A DNA stretch of 64,000 bases, from the NCBI GenBank assembly GCA_964404165.1, contig CAYOIZ010000032.1:5573-69572 (forward strand). Reading direction: 5' to 3'. This DNA comes from an uncultured Candidatus Binatia bacterium (lineage in GTDB: Bacteria; Desulfobacterota; Binatia; DP-6). Shown here piece by piece: positions 40,665-50,644 of this stretch. Made by a program: the position numbers and the translations under genes. How positions within the stretch are numbered: position 1 is the first letter of the stretch; each line of letters starts with the position of its first letter. Under the pieces are notes generated by a model, which did not search any database, was not told the DNA's origin, and saw nothing but the letters and a program-made list of their open reading frames with translations.

Positions 40665-41411
40665 ATGGACGTCGACGAGCTCGCCGGCACCTGGCGTGAC
40701 GCGACGACCGTCGTCGTCCTGACCGGTGCGGGCCTGTCGACCGCGTCCGGCATTCCCGACTTCCGGTCACCCGGTGGTCGCTGGTCACGCTACGTGCCGG
40801 TGACGATCCAGGAGTTCCGCGCCAACGCCGCCGACCGCGAGCGCTACTGGCGATACAAGGGCGAGACCTGGAGCGTCATCCAGGCGGCGGCACCGAACCC
40901 CGGTCACGAGGCCCTGGCGACGCTCGTGCGTGCCGGGCGCATCGACCTCCTCGTCACGCAGAACGTCGACGGCCTGCACGAACGCAGCGGCGTGCCCGCG
41001 GAGCGACTGGTGAACATCCACGGCACCGACTCGGCGGTGGAATGCCTCGCCTGCGGCGGGCGTGCCGAGCGCGCGGTGGCGCAGCGGCAGTGGGAGTCGG
41101 GCGTCGCGGTCCCGGTGTGCGACTGCGGTGGACCGTGGAAGCCGGCGACGATCTCGTTCGGTCAGACGCTGGTGGAGCGCGACCTGCGTCGCGCCATGCG
41201 GGCGGCGGCGACGTGCGACCTGTTCGTGGCGGCCGGCACGTCGCTCGTCGTCGGGCCGATCAACCAGATGTTCACGATGGCGCGCGACGCGGGCGCGCGG
41301 ACGGCGATCGTGACCGCCTCGGAGACGCCCTACGACGACCTCGCCGACTGGCGGATCGACGATCGCGTCGAGGTCGTCCTGCCGGCGCTCGCGGCCCGCG
41401 TCACGGCGTGA
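40665..41411 (+). CDS. cobB: NAD-dependent protein deacylase, Sir2 family
   Basis: GAGLSTASGIPDFR, TQNVDGLH, NIHG, CxxC..CxC, FGQ and GTSLVV motifs. Confidence 0.88.
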   Translation: MDVDELAGTWRDATTVVVLTGAGLSTASGIPDFRSPGGRWSRYVPVTIQEFRANAADRERYWRYKGETWSVIQAAAPNPGHEALATLVRAGRIDLLVTQNVDGLHERSGVPAERLVNIHGTDSAVECLACGGRAERAVAQRQWESGVAVPVCDCGGPWKPATISFGQTLVERDLRRAMRAAATCDLFVAAGTSLVVGPINQMFTMARDAGARTAIVTASETPYDDLADWRIDDRVEVVLPALAARVTA

Positions 41412-42141
41412 CGGGGCCGACGACGCGCGCCCGCAGGCGCGCGATCGACGCGTCGCTGACGCCGGCCTCGCGCGCGTAGCCCTCCATGCTGCCGTAGCGG
41501 TCGCGCATGCGGTGCAGGAACGCCGCCATCGTCTCCGGGTTGGCGTGCATGGTGTCGGGCGGAAGGGCGGCGAGCATCTGCTTGTAGCCCTCGAGCGACA
41601 TGAGGCGCTCGGTGATGGCGTCGAGGTTCTCCTGCGTCGCCGCGTAGTCGGCGACGATGACGTCGTCATGGACCCCGAAGAGGCCGAGCAGGATGGCGGA
41701 GATGACGCCGGTGCGGTCCTTGCCGGCGGCGCAGTGGAACACCGCCGGCGCGTCGCTCTCTGCCAGCGTCGTGATGACGCGCCCGATGGGCCCGGTGGCG
41801 AACTGCGCCATCAGGACGTAGCGATCGGTGAGATCGAGCTGGGCCGCATGCTCGCGGTTCGCGCTGATCGAGCCGTCGAAGAGCGGCAGGTGATGAAACA
41901 CCATCGCCTCGGCGTCGAGCGGACCGCGGCCCTCGGACGCGAGCTCGGCGGTCGAGCGCAGGTCGACGACGCAGCCGAGCCCGACGTCGTCGCGCAGCTG
42001 GCCGACGTCGTCGGCGGTGAGCAGATGGAGCGCGTCGCTGCGGAAGAGCTGGCGCCACCGGACCATCTGGCCGTCCATGGTGGGGTAGCCGCCGAGGTCG
42101 CGGAAGTTGAGGCAGCCGGTGAGATCGAGTCGACGGAGCAT
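41401..42141 (-). CDS. Tyrosine-protein/lipid phosphatase (Y_phosphatase3 family)
   Basis: NFRDLGGY, VVDLRS..E and FHCAAGKDRTG P-loop motifs. Confidence 0.92.
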   Translation of the reverse strand: MLRRLDLTGCLNFRDLGGYPTMDGQMVRWRQLFRSDALHLLTADDVGQLRDDVGLGCVVDLRSTAELASEGRGPLDAEAMVFHHLPLFDGSISANREHAAQLDLTDRYVLMAQFATGPIGRVITTLAESDAPAVFHCAAGKDRTGVISAILLGLFGVHDDVIVADYAATQENLDAITERLMSLEGYKQMLAALPPDTMHANPETMAAFLHRMRDRYGSMEGYAREAGVSDASIARLRARVVGPVTP

Positions 42142-42192
42142 GACCCTGGTGTAGCCTTGACTGACCTCGTGGGGAAAGTGGATGGTTCGCCG

Positions 42193-43191
42193 ATGGATCG
42201 CATCGGCATCGTCCCCTTCTGGAAGCAGTACGACCGCAAGACGGTCATTCGGTCGGCCCAGCTCGCCGACGACCTCGGCTACGACTCCATCTGGATTCCC
42301 GAGGCCTGGGCGTACGAGCAGTTCCAGCTGCTCACCGAGATCGCGCTCGCGACCAAGCGCATCAAGCTCGCCACCGGCATCGCCAACGTGTTCAGCCGCT
42401 CCGCGGGTCTGCTGGCGATGAGCGTGGCCACGCTCGACGAGATCTCGGAGGGGCGGGCGATCCTCGGGCTCGGCACCAGCGGCAAGGTGGTCGTCGAGAA
42501 CTTCCACGGCGTGCCCTACAAGAAGCCGCTGACGCGCCTGAAGGACACCGTGGCCATCTGCCGCACGCTCTGGCGGGGCGGTCGCATGGAGCCCGAGCTG
42601 ACGACGTTGTTCGACGCGCGTCACTTCAAGCTCGAGATGACGCCGCTGCGGCAGGACATCCCGATCTACATCGCGTCGCTGCAGGAGGCGGCCATCCGCG
42701 AGGTCGGCCGCATCGCCGATGGCTGGGTGCCGACCTTCTGGCCCTACAAGCACCTGAAGGACGGCGTCGCGCTCCTGGCCGAGGGCGCCAAGGTCGCGGG
42801 TCGCGACGTGTCGACGATCGACGTGTCGCCGTTCATGGCCATCATCCCGCTGCCCGACGTGAGCATGGCGCGCACGATGATCAAGCCGACGATCTCCTTC
42901 TACATCGGCGGCATGGGCACCTACTATCACGCGCTCTTCTGCCGCTACGGCTTCCAGGAGAACGCCGACCTCGTGCGCGCGCTGTACAACGAGGGCAAGC
43001 GCAAGGAGGCGGCGGCGGCCGTCAGCGACGATCTCGTCGACGCCATCGCCATCTGCGGCACGCCCGAGCACTGCCGCGAGAAGCTCGCGGAGTGGCGTGC
43101 GCACGGCGTCGGGTCGGCGCTGATGAACCTGCCGACGGGGGCACCGTTCGAGATGGTGGAGATGCTGCTCCGGGGCATGGCGCCCAGCTGA
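42193..43191 (+). CDS. LLM class flavin/F420-dependent oxidoreductase
   Basis: GYDSIWIPEAW, ATGIANVFSR, LDEISEGRAILGLG and IYIAS motifs. Confidence 0.9.
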   Translation: MDRIGIVPFWKQYDRKTVIRSAQLADDLGYDSIWIPEAWAYEQFQLLTEIALATKRIKLATGIANVFSRSAGLLAMSVATLDEISEGRAILGLGTSGKVVVENFHGVPYKKPLTRLKDTVAICRTLWRGGRMEPELTTLFDARHFKLEMTPLRQDIPIYIASLQEAAIREVGRIADGWVPTFWPYKHLKDGVALLAEGAKVAGRDVSTIDVSPFMAIIPLPDVSMARTMIKPTISFYIGGMGTYYHALFCRYGFQENADLVRALYNEGKRKEAAAAVSDDLVDAIAICGTPEHCREKLAEWRAHGVGSALMNLPTGAPFEMVEMLLRGMAPS

Positions 43192-43200
43192 CGCCCAGCG

Positions 43201-44565
43201 CTACTCCACCGCCAGCACCCGCCCCCAACACGGCGGCACCTCGATCCGCATCCGATCGCCCGTGGCCTCCAGCGGCACCCCGCGATCGAGCCGGTCGACG
43301 AGCCGCCGCCCGCGCCATTCCGCCGCGATCGAGACGACCACCGGCGCGTGCGACGCATTGACCGCGGTGACCACCGTCTCCTCCGCGCACACGCGCGCGA
43401 ACGCGAGCTGCTCGGACGCTACGTGCAACGCCCGGTAGTCGCCGCGTCGGAGGGCCGGGCTCGCGTGACGCACGCGCGCCAGCCGCGCGATGACATCCGC
43501 CAGCTCCGGATGGGCCGCATTCGCGGGAGGCCGCGGACCGTCGATGGCCGGACGCAGCGGCGCGTCGCTGTCCGGACGTCGCACGCCCGGAATGCCCCAC
43601 TCGCTGCCGTAGTAGATCGACGGCACCCCCGGCATCGTGAACAGCAGGACGTGGAGCGGATAGAGGTGCGCGGCGTCGCGCAGCTGGCTCGCGATCCGCG
43701 TGACGTCGTGGTTGTCGGCGAAGGCGTAGAGGGGCAGGCCGCGATACCGACCCTCGCGGCCGAACTGTCGCTCCAGGGTGTGCGCGAGCTCGAAGTAGTT
43801 GCGGTCGTCGTGGCTCGAGTACAGCCCCTTGTAGGCCTGGTAGTTCGTGACGCTGTCGAGCGTCTCGGGATTCGCCCAGCGCGCGTAGTTGCCGTGGATG
43901 ACCTCGCCGAGCAGCCAGGCGTCGGGCCGGAGCGCGCGACAGAACCCGGCCAGCTCGCGCAGAAAGTCGGAATCGATCGACTCGGCGACGTCGAGCCGCA
44001 GCCCGTCGATGTCGTAGCGCTCGAACCAGTGGCGCACGGCGGCGAGGAGATGGTCGCGCACCGGACGTTGCCCGAGGTCGAGCTTCACCAGCTCGTGGTG
44101 GCCGCGCCAGGTGTCGTAGGCGAACGCGTCCCCGAGCGGGCTCCGTCGCGAGAAGTCGACGCCGGCGAACCAGGCGCGGTGGTCGGACGCCTCGCCGCGC
44201 TGTTGGACGTCCCGGAACGCCCAGAACGTGCGGCCGACGTGATGGAAGACGCCGTCGAGGATGACGCGGATGCCGCGCCGGTGGCAGGCGGCGACCAACG
44301 CGGCGAGCGTGTCGTCGTCACCGAGCCGGCGATCGACGCGGAAGTAGTCGGCGGTGTCGTAGCCGTGCGTCGCGGACTCGAACAGCGGGCCGAGATAGAG
44401 CGCGGTGACGCCGAGCGTGCACCAGTGGTCGATCCAGTCGTGGAGCGCCGCGAGGCGGGGAACCGGCGTCGACGTGCCGTCGTTCGCCGCCGGCGCACCG
44501 CACAGGCCGAGCGGATAGACGTGGTAGAAGACGGCGTCGCGCGCCCAGTCCGTCCCGGAGGCCAT
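43201..44565 (-). CDS. GH13 alpha-amylase family (cyclomaltodextrinase/neopullulanase-like)
   Basis: HGYDTADY, DGVFHH, GLRLDVA, LGEVIH, FADNHD and PSIYYGSE motifs. Confidence 0.92.
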   Translation of the reverse strand: MASGTDWARDAVFYHVYPLGLCGAPAANDGTSTPVPRLAALHDWIDHWCTLGVTALYLGPLFESATHGYDTADYFRVDRRLGDDDTLAALVAACHRRGIRVILDGVFHHVGRTFWAFRDVQQRGEASDHRAWFAGVDFSRRSPLGDAFAYDTWRGHHELVKLDLGQRPVRDHLLAAVRHWFERYDIDGLRLDVAESIDSDFLRELAGFCRALRPDAWLLGEVIHGNYARWANPETLDSVTNYQAYKGLYSSHDDRNYFELAHTLERQFGREGRYRGLPLYAFADNHDVTRIASQLRDAAHLYPLHVLLFTMPGVPSIYYGSEWGIPGVRRPDSDAPLRPAIDGPRPPANAAHPELADVIARLARVRHASPALRRGDYRALHVASEQLAFARVCAEETVVTAVNASHAPVVVSIAAEWRGRRLVDRLDRGVPLEATGDRMRIEVPPCWGRVLAVE

Positions 44566-44647
44566 GCGGCTTCGGCGCTATACCCGATCCGTCGGTGTGG
44601 CCAGCCCTCTCGACAGCATGGGCACCGACTGGACTATGATCCGCCGC

Positions 44648-45745
44648 ATGGAGACGACACGCCCCGGCTGGCTCTACTCCTGCGACGATCACCTCGATCT
44701 CTGGAACCTCCCGCGCGACGTCTGGGAGGCACGCCTGCCGGCGCGCTTCCGCGATCGCGGCCCGCGTGTCGTCGAGTCGAACGGCGGCGCATGGTGGTCG
44801 TGCGACGGCGCGGTGATCGGCATGTACGGCATGCAGGGGCCCATGAAGGGCTACAGCGCCATCAGTCGCGCCGGCATCGAGGACGACGGTCTGCGCGCCT
44901 CGACCCCGTCGCTCCGCCTGCAGGACATGGACCGTGACGGGGTGTGGGTGTCGGTGGTCTACGGCCCGCACCTGCTCGGCCTGCCGATCGACGACGTCGA
45001 GCTCAAGGCCGCATCGCTCGCGGCCTACAACGACTGGGCGGCGGAGTTCAATCGCGTCGAGCCGGCGCGGCTCTCGGTGCTGCCCGTCCTGCCGACGCAT
45101 GCGCCCGACGCTGCGGCGGCCGAGCTCCAGCGCGTCGCCGCCGCCGGCCACCGTGGCGCGATCATCAGCCCGTTCGAGTTCCGATGCAGCGATCCCGAGT
45201 GGTCGGGCTTCTGGGACGTCGCCGCCGAGGTCGGCCTGCCGATCAGCTTCCACATCGGTCGCGGGACCTCGCAGGTGCGCGTCGCACCGGGCAGCTGGGA
45301 GCTGGCGGCGTTCTCCGCGGTGGGCCCGATGCAGCTCGATGAGCCGCTCGCCATGATGATCTACTCCGGCGTGCTCGAGCGTCGTCCCGGGCTGCGACTG
45401 GTGCTGGCCGAATCGGGGATCGGCTGGCTGCCGTACTTCGTGCGCCGGCTCGACGCCGCGGCGGAGAAGCACATCGACAAGGCGCGCGACTACCGCATCA
45501 CGATGAAGCCGAGCGAGATCTTCCACCGTCAGGTCTACGCGACGTTCGAGGAGGAGCCGCTCGGCCCCGAGCTGCTGCCGCTGCTCGGCCCCGACAACTT
45601 CATGTGGGCCTCCGACTATCCGCATCCCGACAGCACGTTCCCGCACTCGCGCGACGCCGTCGCGGAGGCGTTCAGCGGCCTCGACGCCGCGTTCGTCGAG
45701 CGCGTCACCGTCACCAACTGCAAGCAGCTCTACGGCTTCGCATGA
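44648..45745 (+). CDS. Amidohydrolase family 2 protein
   Basis: DDHL, RLQDMDRDG, AYNDW, FHIG, AESGIGW and WASDYPH.DSTFP motifs. Confidence 0.9.
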   Translation: METTRPGWLYSCDDHLDLWNLPRDVWEARLPARFRDRGPRVVESNGGAWWSCDGAVIGMYGMQGPMKGYSAISRAGIEDDGLRASTPSLRLQDMDRDGVWVSVVYGPHLLGLPIDDVELKAASLAAYNDWAAEFNRVEPARLSVLPVLPTHAPDAAAAELQRVAAAGHRGAIISPFEFRCSDPEWSGFWDVAAEVGLPISFHIGRGTSQVRVAPGSWELAAFSAVGPMQLDEPLAMMIYSGVLERRPGLRLVLAESGIGWLPYFVRRLDAAAEKHIDKARDYRITMKPSEIFHRQVYATFEEEPLGPELLPLLGPDNFMWASDYPHPDSTFPHSRDAVAEAFSGLDAAFVERVTVTNCKQLYGFA

Positions 45746-46653
45746 CGTCGCCGGTCATCGTCGAGGTGGCGATCAACGGCGCGACGCAGAAATCGCGCAA
45801 TCCCCACGTGCCGACGACGCCGGCCGAGATCGCGCGCGAGGCGCTCGCCTGCATGGCGGCCGGCGCCGCCATCGTCCACAACCACATCGACGACTTCTCG
45901 CGCACCGGCGCCGACGCGGCGGAGCGCTACCTCGACGGCTGGCGACCCGTCGTGGCCGAGCGGCCCGACGCCATCCTCTACTGCACGGTCGCCATCGGGG
46001 GCTCGGTGGAGGACCGCTTCTCGCACGTGCCGCCGCTGGCGGCGTCGGGCCTCATGCGCATGGGCGTCCTCGACCCCGGCTCGGTGAATCTCGGCAGCTC
46101 CGGTCCCGACGGCCTGCCCGGCGGCATCGACTTCCTCTACGCCAACACCTACGGCGACATCCGTTACGTCGTGTCGCAGCTCGACGACTGTCGCCTCGGG
46201 CCGAGCATCTCGATCTTCGAGCCGGGCTTCCTGCGCACGGCGCTGGTCTATCATCGAGCGGGGCGGCTGCCGCGCGGGTCGTTCGTCAAGCTCTACTTCG
46301 GCGGCGACCACGGCTATCTCGGCGGCGGCGCCACGACCTTCGGCCTTCCCCCGACGACGCGTGCGCTCGACGCGTATCTCGAGCTGCTCGACGGGTGCGA
46401 TCTGCCGTGGGCGGTCGCGGTCATCGGCGGCGACGTCGTCGCGAGCGGTCTGGCGCGCACGGCGCTCGAACGCGGGGGCCACGTGCGCGTCGGGCTCGAG
46501 GACTACGCCGGGTCGCGCACGCCGACGAACGTCGAGCTGGTGGACGAGGTGACGGCGTTGGCACGTGCGGTCGGTCGTCCGGTGGCCACGCCGGACGCGG
46601 CGGCGCGACGCCTCGATCTGCCGCGTCAGCGGTCGACGCGGAACACGGGGTAG
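45742..46653 (+). CDS. 3-keto-5-aminohexanoate cleavage (BKACE, DUF849) family protein
   Basis: VAING...NPHVP.TPAEIA, GAAIVHNH, FEPG and HVRVGLED motifs. ATGA-coupled to the amidohydrolase. Confidence 0.9.
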   Translation: MTSPVIVEVAINGATQKSRNPHVPTTPAEIAREALACMAAGAAIVHNHIDDFSRTGADAAERYLDGWRPVVAERPDAILYCTVAIGGSVEDRFSHVPPLAASGLMRMGVLDPGSVNLGSSGPDGLPGGIDFLYANTYGDIRYVVSQLDDCRLGPSISIFEPGFLRTALVYHRAGRLPRGSFVKLYFGGDHGYLGGGATTFGLPPTTRALDAYLELLDGCDLPWAVAVIGGDVVASGLARTALERGGHVRVGLEDYAGSRTPTNVELVDEVTALARAVGRPVATPDAAARRLDLPRQRSTRNTG

Positions 46654-47069
46654 CGCGCGGCGACGGCGCGGAGCGCCTCGTCGCCGGCGTCGGCGTCGAT
46701 GCCCGGGAAGAACTCCTTCACCTCGAACGCCCACTTGCGCAGGTAGGCGCGGAGGACGGGCGGCTTGGCGTCGTCGGCGAGCTCGGTGACGCGGATCGGC
46801 TGGTGGCGCCGCCCGAGTCGCAGCTCGGCGGCGCCGCCGGCGCGCACGTTGCGCACCCATTGGGTCACACCGCGTGGGGCGACGAGGTAGCGCTCGCCGT
46901 CGAGCGGGAGCGGATTCACGGGGACGACGCGCCACTCGCCGCTGCTGCGGCCGCGCACCGCGAGGTTCTCCGCGCCGTAGAGGCTCACGCCGAAGCGACC
47001 GAGCGCGCCCACGAGGCGGTTGAACCAGCGCGCGACGCTGGTGGGGGCGTGGTAGGGCCCGTCGGTCAT
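46626..47069 (-). CDS. Nitroreductase-like deazaflavin-dependent oxidoreductase (DUF385 family)
   Basis: LAVRGRSSG..R.VPV, YLVAPRG.TQWVRN.RA and YPVFR motifs. Confidence 0.85.
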   Translation of the reverse strand: MTDGPYHAPTSVARWFNRLVGALGRFGVSLYGAENLAVRGRSSGEWRVVPVNPLPLDGERYLVAPRGVTQWVRNVRAGGAAELRLGRRHQPIRVTELADDAKPPVLRAYLRKWAFEVKEFFPGIDADAGDEALRAVAARYPVFRVDR

Positions 47070-47102
47070 GTCGGGGTGGTACGCGCGGTGGGGCGCATTG
47101 GT

Positions 47103-47909
47103 TCACGCCCGCTGCGGTGTCCGGAATGCCGCCAGGAAGCTCGCCTGCCAGTCGGCGTCCGGGGTCGATGACCAGCCCGCGAGCAGGCCCGCGCCCATGG
47201 CGTCGCAGCTCATGCGGTGCGGCGGCGGATCGGCGCAGATGGCGTCGACGATCGATGCGGCAGCGTCGGCGACCGGGGTGGACGTCTCGTGGCTCCGGAG
47301 CCGGCCGATGTGCTCGGCCAGCGCCTTGTACGGCGCGGAGCGCTGCGCCTCGGGGATCTGCTTCGAGCCGGCGAGCATGTCGGTGTCGACCGGCCCGGGA
47401 TACACCTCGAGCACCGACACGCCGAACGGCGCCACCTCGGCACGCATCGACTCCGACAGCGCCGTCACCGCGGCCTTCGTGGCGCGGTAGACGGCGAAGA
47501 ACGGCATCGGCACCAGGAGCCCTGCCGAGCTGACGTTGACGATCACGCCGCCGCCGTTGGCGCGCAGCACCGGCAGCGCGCGCCGCGTGACCTCGATCAG
47601 CCCGAAGACGTTGGTCTCGAAGTGCCGCCGCCACTCGACCATCGGCGTGTCTTCGAGCGACAGGTTCTCGCCCTCGATGGCGGCGTTGTTGACGAGGACA
47701 CGCAGGCCCCCGGGGATGACGATGGTGTCGGGCACGTCGACGTCGAGCCGCGCGACGGTGATGCCGGTCGTCGCCGCCAGCTCCGCACCGGCCTGCGGGT
47801 TGCGCATCGTCGCCGTCACGGCGAAGCCGCGTCGCGCCAGCTCGAGCGCCACGGAACGGCCGATGCCGCGGCTGGCGCCGGTCACGAGGGCGGTTCCGGA
47901 GGCGTTCAT
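47103..47909 (-). CDS. SDR family oxidoreductase
   Basis: TGASRGIG, VNNA, NVSS and YRATK motifs. Confidence 0.9.
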   Translation of the reverse strand: MNASGTALVTGASRGIGRSVALELARRGFAVTATMRNPQAGAELAATTGITVARLDVDVPDTIVIPGGLRVLVNNAAIEGENLSLEDTPMVEWRRHFETNVFGLIEVTRRALPVLRANGGGVIVNVSSAGLLVPMPFFAVYRATKAAVTALSESMRAEVAPFGVSVLEVYPGPVDTDMLAGSKQIPEAQRSAPYKALAEHIGRLRSHETSTPVADAAASIVDAICADPPPHRMSCDAMGAGLLAGWSSTPDADWQASFLAAFRTPQRA

Positions 47910-47955
47910 GGGCGTTCCGCATACGCTCGACGGGGTCGTCCTGTCGAGATCGTGA

Positions 47956-48669
47956 TCAGAGCACGCGGTCGAGGTACGGACGCGCCGCCACGATCAGCGC
48001 GAAGCTCAGCAGGTCGAAGCTGGCGTGGCAGACGATCGCCGGCCAGAGGCTCTGACGGCGGAGCGTCGCCGCCCCGAGCACCGCGCCGGCCACCGACGTC
48101 TGGGCCATGCCGATCCAGCCCTGCGACGGCAGGTGGGCCAGGCCGAAGGCCAGGGCGGCGAGCAGGACCGCGAGCCAGCCGGGCACGACGCCGGCGAGCC
48201 GTGGCAGCAGGAAGCCGCGGAACGCCACCTCCTCGTAGAGTCCGACGAAGAGCGCGATGGGTAGCATCGTCCACGGATCGAGGTCCGCGATCATGTTCAC
48301 CACGGGCTCCTTGGCGGCGACGATGCCGTCGATGGTCTCGCTGCCGAACACGACGGTGAGTGCCGTGGCGGCGAGCGCCGCGAGCCCCGCGGTAGAGTAG
48401 GTGGGCAGGACGAGCCAGAGGCCGTAGCGGACGTCGTCCGCGCGTGGCCAACCCCGCAGCCCGAGGCGGTCGAGCGTCCCCCCGGCTGCGGCGAGCGCCG
48501 TGACGACGCCGAGCAGGAGCACCCCGGTGGCGACGATCATCGACGCCGCCGACGGCATCTCGACGAGCGCGCGTCCCCACGGGCCGAACCAGGCGACCAT
48601 GGCGCCGAGGAGGACGCCCGCTTCGACGAGCGTCCGACCCCCGGGCTGCTGGACGACCATCGATCTCAC
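47956..48669 (-). CDS. CPBP (CAAX/Abi) family intramembrane metalloprotease
   Basis: EEVAFRG, FGLAH and HASFD motifs with several TM segments. Start uncertain. Confidence 0.88.
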   Translation of the reverse strand: MRSMVVQQPGGRTLVEAGVLLGAMVAWFGPWGRALVEMPSAASMIVATGVLLLGVVTALAAAGGTLDRLGLRGWPRADDVRYGLWLVLPTYSTAGLAALAATALTVVFGSETIDGIVAAKEPVVNMIADLDPWTMLPIALFVGLYEEVAFRGFLLPRLAGVVPGWLAVLLAALAFGLAHLPSQGWIGMAQTSVAGAVLGAATLRRQSLWPAIVCHASFDLLSFALIVAARPYLDRVL

Positions 48670-48699
48670 GGCATCCGATTGTCCGCCGCGTCGTGCGAC

Positions 48700-49284
48700 T
48701 CACAAGCAGGCGTCGCGGAGCGCGCGGAAGGCCTTCGCGAGCGCCGGGGGCTGCCAGTGGGCGTTCAGGCCGCTCGGGTTCGGGAGCAGCCAGACGCGCG
48801 CGCCGGCGAGTCGCACCGTCTGCGGACCGACGGTTGCATGCGGGTCGCCGAAGGCGATGCGATACGACACCAGGCCGAGGAAGGCGACCATCGACGGCCG
48901 GATGCGGGACACCAGCCGCGCCAGGCGCTTTCCGCCGCGCACCAGCTCGTCGGGGGTCAGCTCGTCGGCCGTGGCCGTCGTCCGTGGCACCAGGTTCGTG
49001 ACGCCGAGGCCGAACCCGAGGAGCGCGCGATCCTCGCACGGCGACAGCTGGCGCGGCGTGAGCCCGGCCGCATGCAGGGTCGGCCAGAACCGGTTGCCCG
49101 GCCGCGCGAAGTGGTGTCCCGTCGCGCCCGAATAGAGGCCGGGGTTGATGCCGACGAAGAGGATGCGCAGGCCCGGTGCGACGACGTCGCGGAGGACGAG
49201 CGCCGACGCGGCGCGCAGTGCGGCGGCGTCGGGTCGCGGGTGTCGCCCGGGGCCGGGACACGGAGCGGGGCGGCGACGCGTCAC
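48700..49284 (-). CDS. mug: G/U mismatch-specific DNA glycosylase
   Basis: LFVGINPG, HHFA.PGNRFW, GVTNLV and LPNPSG motifs. Confidence 0.92.
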   Translation of the reverse strand: MTRRRPAPCPGPGRHPRPDAAALRAASALVLRDVVAPGLRILFVGINPGLYSGATGHHFARPGNRFWPTLHAAGLTPRQLSPCEDRALLGFGLGVTNLVPRTTATADELTPDELVRGGKRLARLVSRIRPSMVAFLGLVSYRIAFGDPHATVGPQTVRLAGARVWLLPNPSGLNAHWQPPALAKAFRALRDACL

Positions 49285-49333
49285 GGCGCCGGGATACGTG
49301 CCGCCGGCGTCGCAGACAAGGCGATCGAAATCG

Positions 49334-49363
49334 TTGACGCCAAGGACCGCCCGGCGGTAGGAC
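49334..49363 (+). promoter_or_regulatory. Candidate sigma70 promoter for the copper monooxygenase-like gene
   Basis: TTGACG-N18-TAGGAC. Confidence 0.3.
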
Positions 49364-49380
49364 GCGGCCGGGGGATATCC

Positions 49381-50619
49381 ATGCAGAAATCCTGCGCCGT
49401 CCTGCTCGCCGTCACGACGCTGCTCGTCGCCGGTCCGGCCGTGGCGAAGACGAAGGACAAGATCGTCAAGCTACGCGTCGGCCCGTTCCCCGTGGAGGCC
49501 CAGCGCGATCGCGAGATCTGCCAGGCCGTTCGGGTGCCGGGCATGGCGGGCATGGAGATCACCAACTACGAGGTCCGCACCAAGTGGAGTGCGAAGGGTG
49601 ACGTCGGCAGCCATCACCTCGTGGTGTACGGCTATGGTGGCGCGGCGGCGGCGGGGTTCCCGGTGCGGAAGAACGAGACCGACGTCGTCGACATCCCCGG
49701 CTGCAACGGCTTCGGGCCCGACGACTTCTACCGCAGTCGCGTCCAGCTCGCCGGCTCGGGTGGCGAGTTCCGGCGCGGTCGCTGGGCGGTGACGAGCGCA
49801 CGAACGCCGCTCGGTCTCGCCTCGCTCCTGCCGCGTACCGGCGACGCCGGCGACGACGCCTTCGTCGTGGTGAACTCGCACTACTTCAATCGCTCGTCGA
49901 AGCGTTCGAAGGGCGTGGTGAAGGTCATCCTGACGCTGCGCCCGTTCGACGGCCTGCGCCGCGTGGTGCGGAACTGGACGCCACTCGACGCCAGCCTCGA
50001 CATCGCGGTGCCGCCGCACCAGACGGGCACCGCCGAGGCGACGATCCAGCTCGACGGCGCCGCCGACGAGAACGCCGAGGGCGGGTTCCGTCCGTCCAGC
50101 GACGTCTGCGTGCTCCTCATGACGACCCACACGCACGCGCGCGGCACGCGCGTGAAGGTGGTGTACGAGGAGGACGGCAAGGAGCCGGTGACGATCGTCG
50201 ATCCGGCGGTCTACGACTACGAGCATCCGTCGCTGGTGGCGCTGCCGTTCTCGGGCACCTTCCCGAACGGCAACCTGCTGAAGGCCTACACCGCGGAGAA
50301 CGGCCACCCGCGGCTCCGCTACACCTGCACGTACGCCAACGGCGGCGGCGAGTACGGCGTGCGCATGGGCTGCGAGATGGAGCCCGGCGTGACGCCCGGC
50401 ATCCCGTGGCGCGACGCGCGCGGCGCCGGATACGACTTTGGCAACGCGCGCCCCTGCGGCGCGGACGATTCGAATTGCGCCGGCGTCGGCACCGGCCGGT
50501 GCGTCGAGTCGAACCTGGTGTTCGGGCCGCTCTCCGACGACGAGATGTGCGTCATCCCGCTGCAGATCTACGATCCTGTGGCGGGGGCGTCCGACGACCT
50601 GGCCTGCAACCCGTACTGA
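49381..50619 (+). CDS. Secreted type II copper monooxygenase-like protein (PHM/DBM fold)
   Basis: Signal peptide, then SHH, NSHY, HTH and DEMC in the order and spacing of the PHM CuH/CuM ligands. Confidence 0.75.
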   Translation: MQKSCAVLLAVTTLLVAGPAVAKTKDKIVKLRVGPFPVEAQRDREICQAVRVPGMAGMEITNYEVRTKWSAKGDVGSHHLVVYGYGGAAAAGFPVRKNETDVVDIPGCNGFGPDDFYRSRVQLAGSGGEFRRGRWAVTSARTPLGLASLLPRTGDAGDDAFVVVNSHYFNRSSKRSKGVVKVILTLRPFDGLRRVVRNWTPLDASLDIAVPPHQTGTAEATIQLDGAADENAEGGFRPSSDVCVLLMTTHTHARGTRVKVVYEEDGKEPVTIVDPAVYDYEHPSLVALPFSGTFPNGNLLKAYTAENGHPRLRYTCTYANGGGEYGVRMGCEMEPGVTPGIPWRDARGAGYDFGNARPCGADDSNCAGVGTGRCVESNLVFGPLSDDEMCVIPLQIYDPVAGASDDLACNPY

Positions 50620-50644
50620 ACCGACCGGCACCACGGAGGAATCG

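Noticed and set aside
40665-41411. Sirtuin as an anti-phage SIR2 defence effector
   Set aside because: It has the Zn-binding, full CobB-like deacylase signature, with no HerA, pAgo, TIR or other defence partner nearby.
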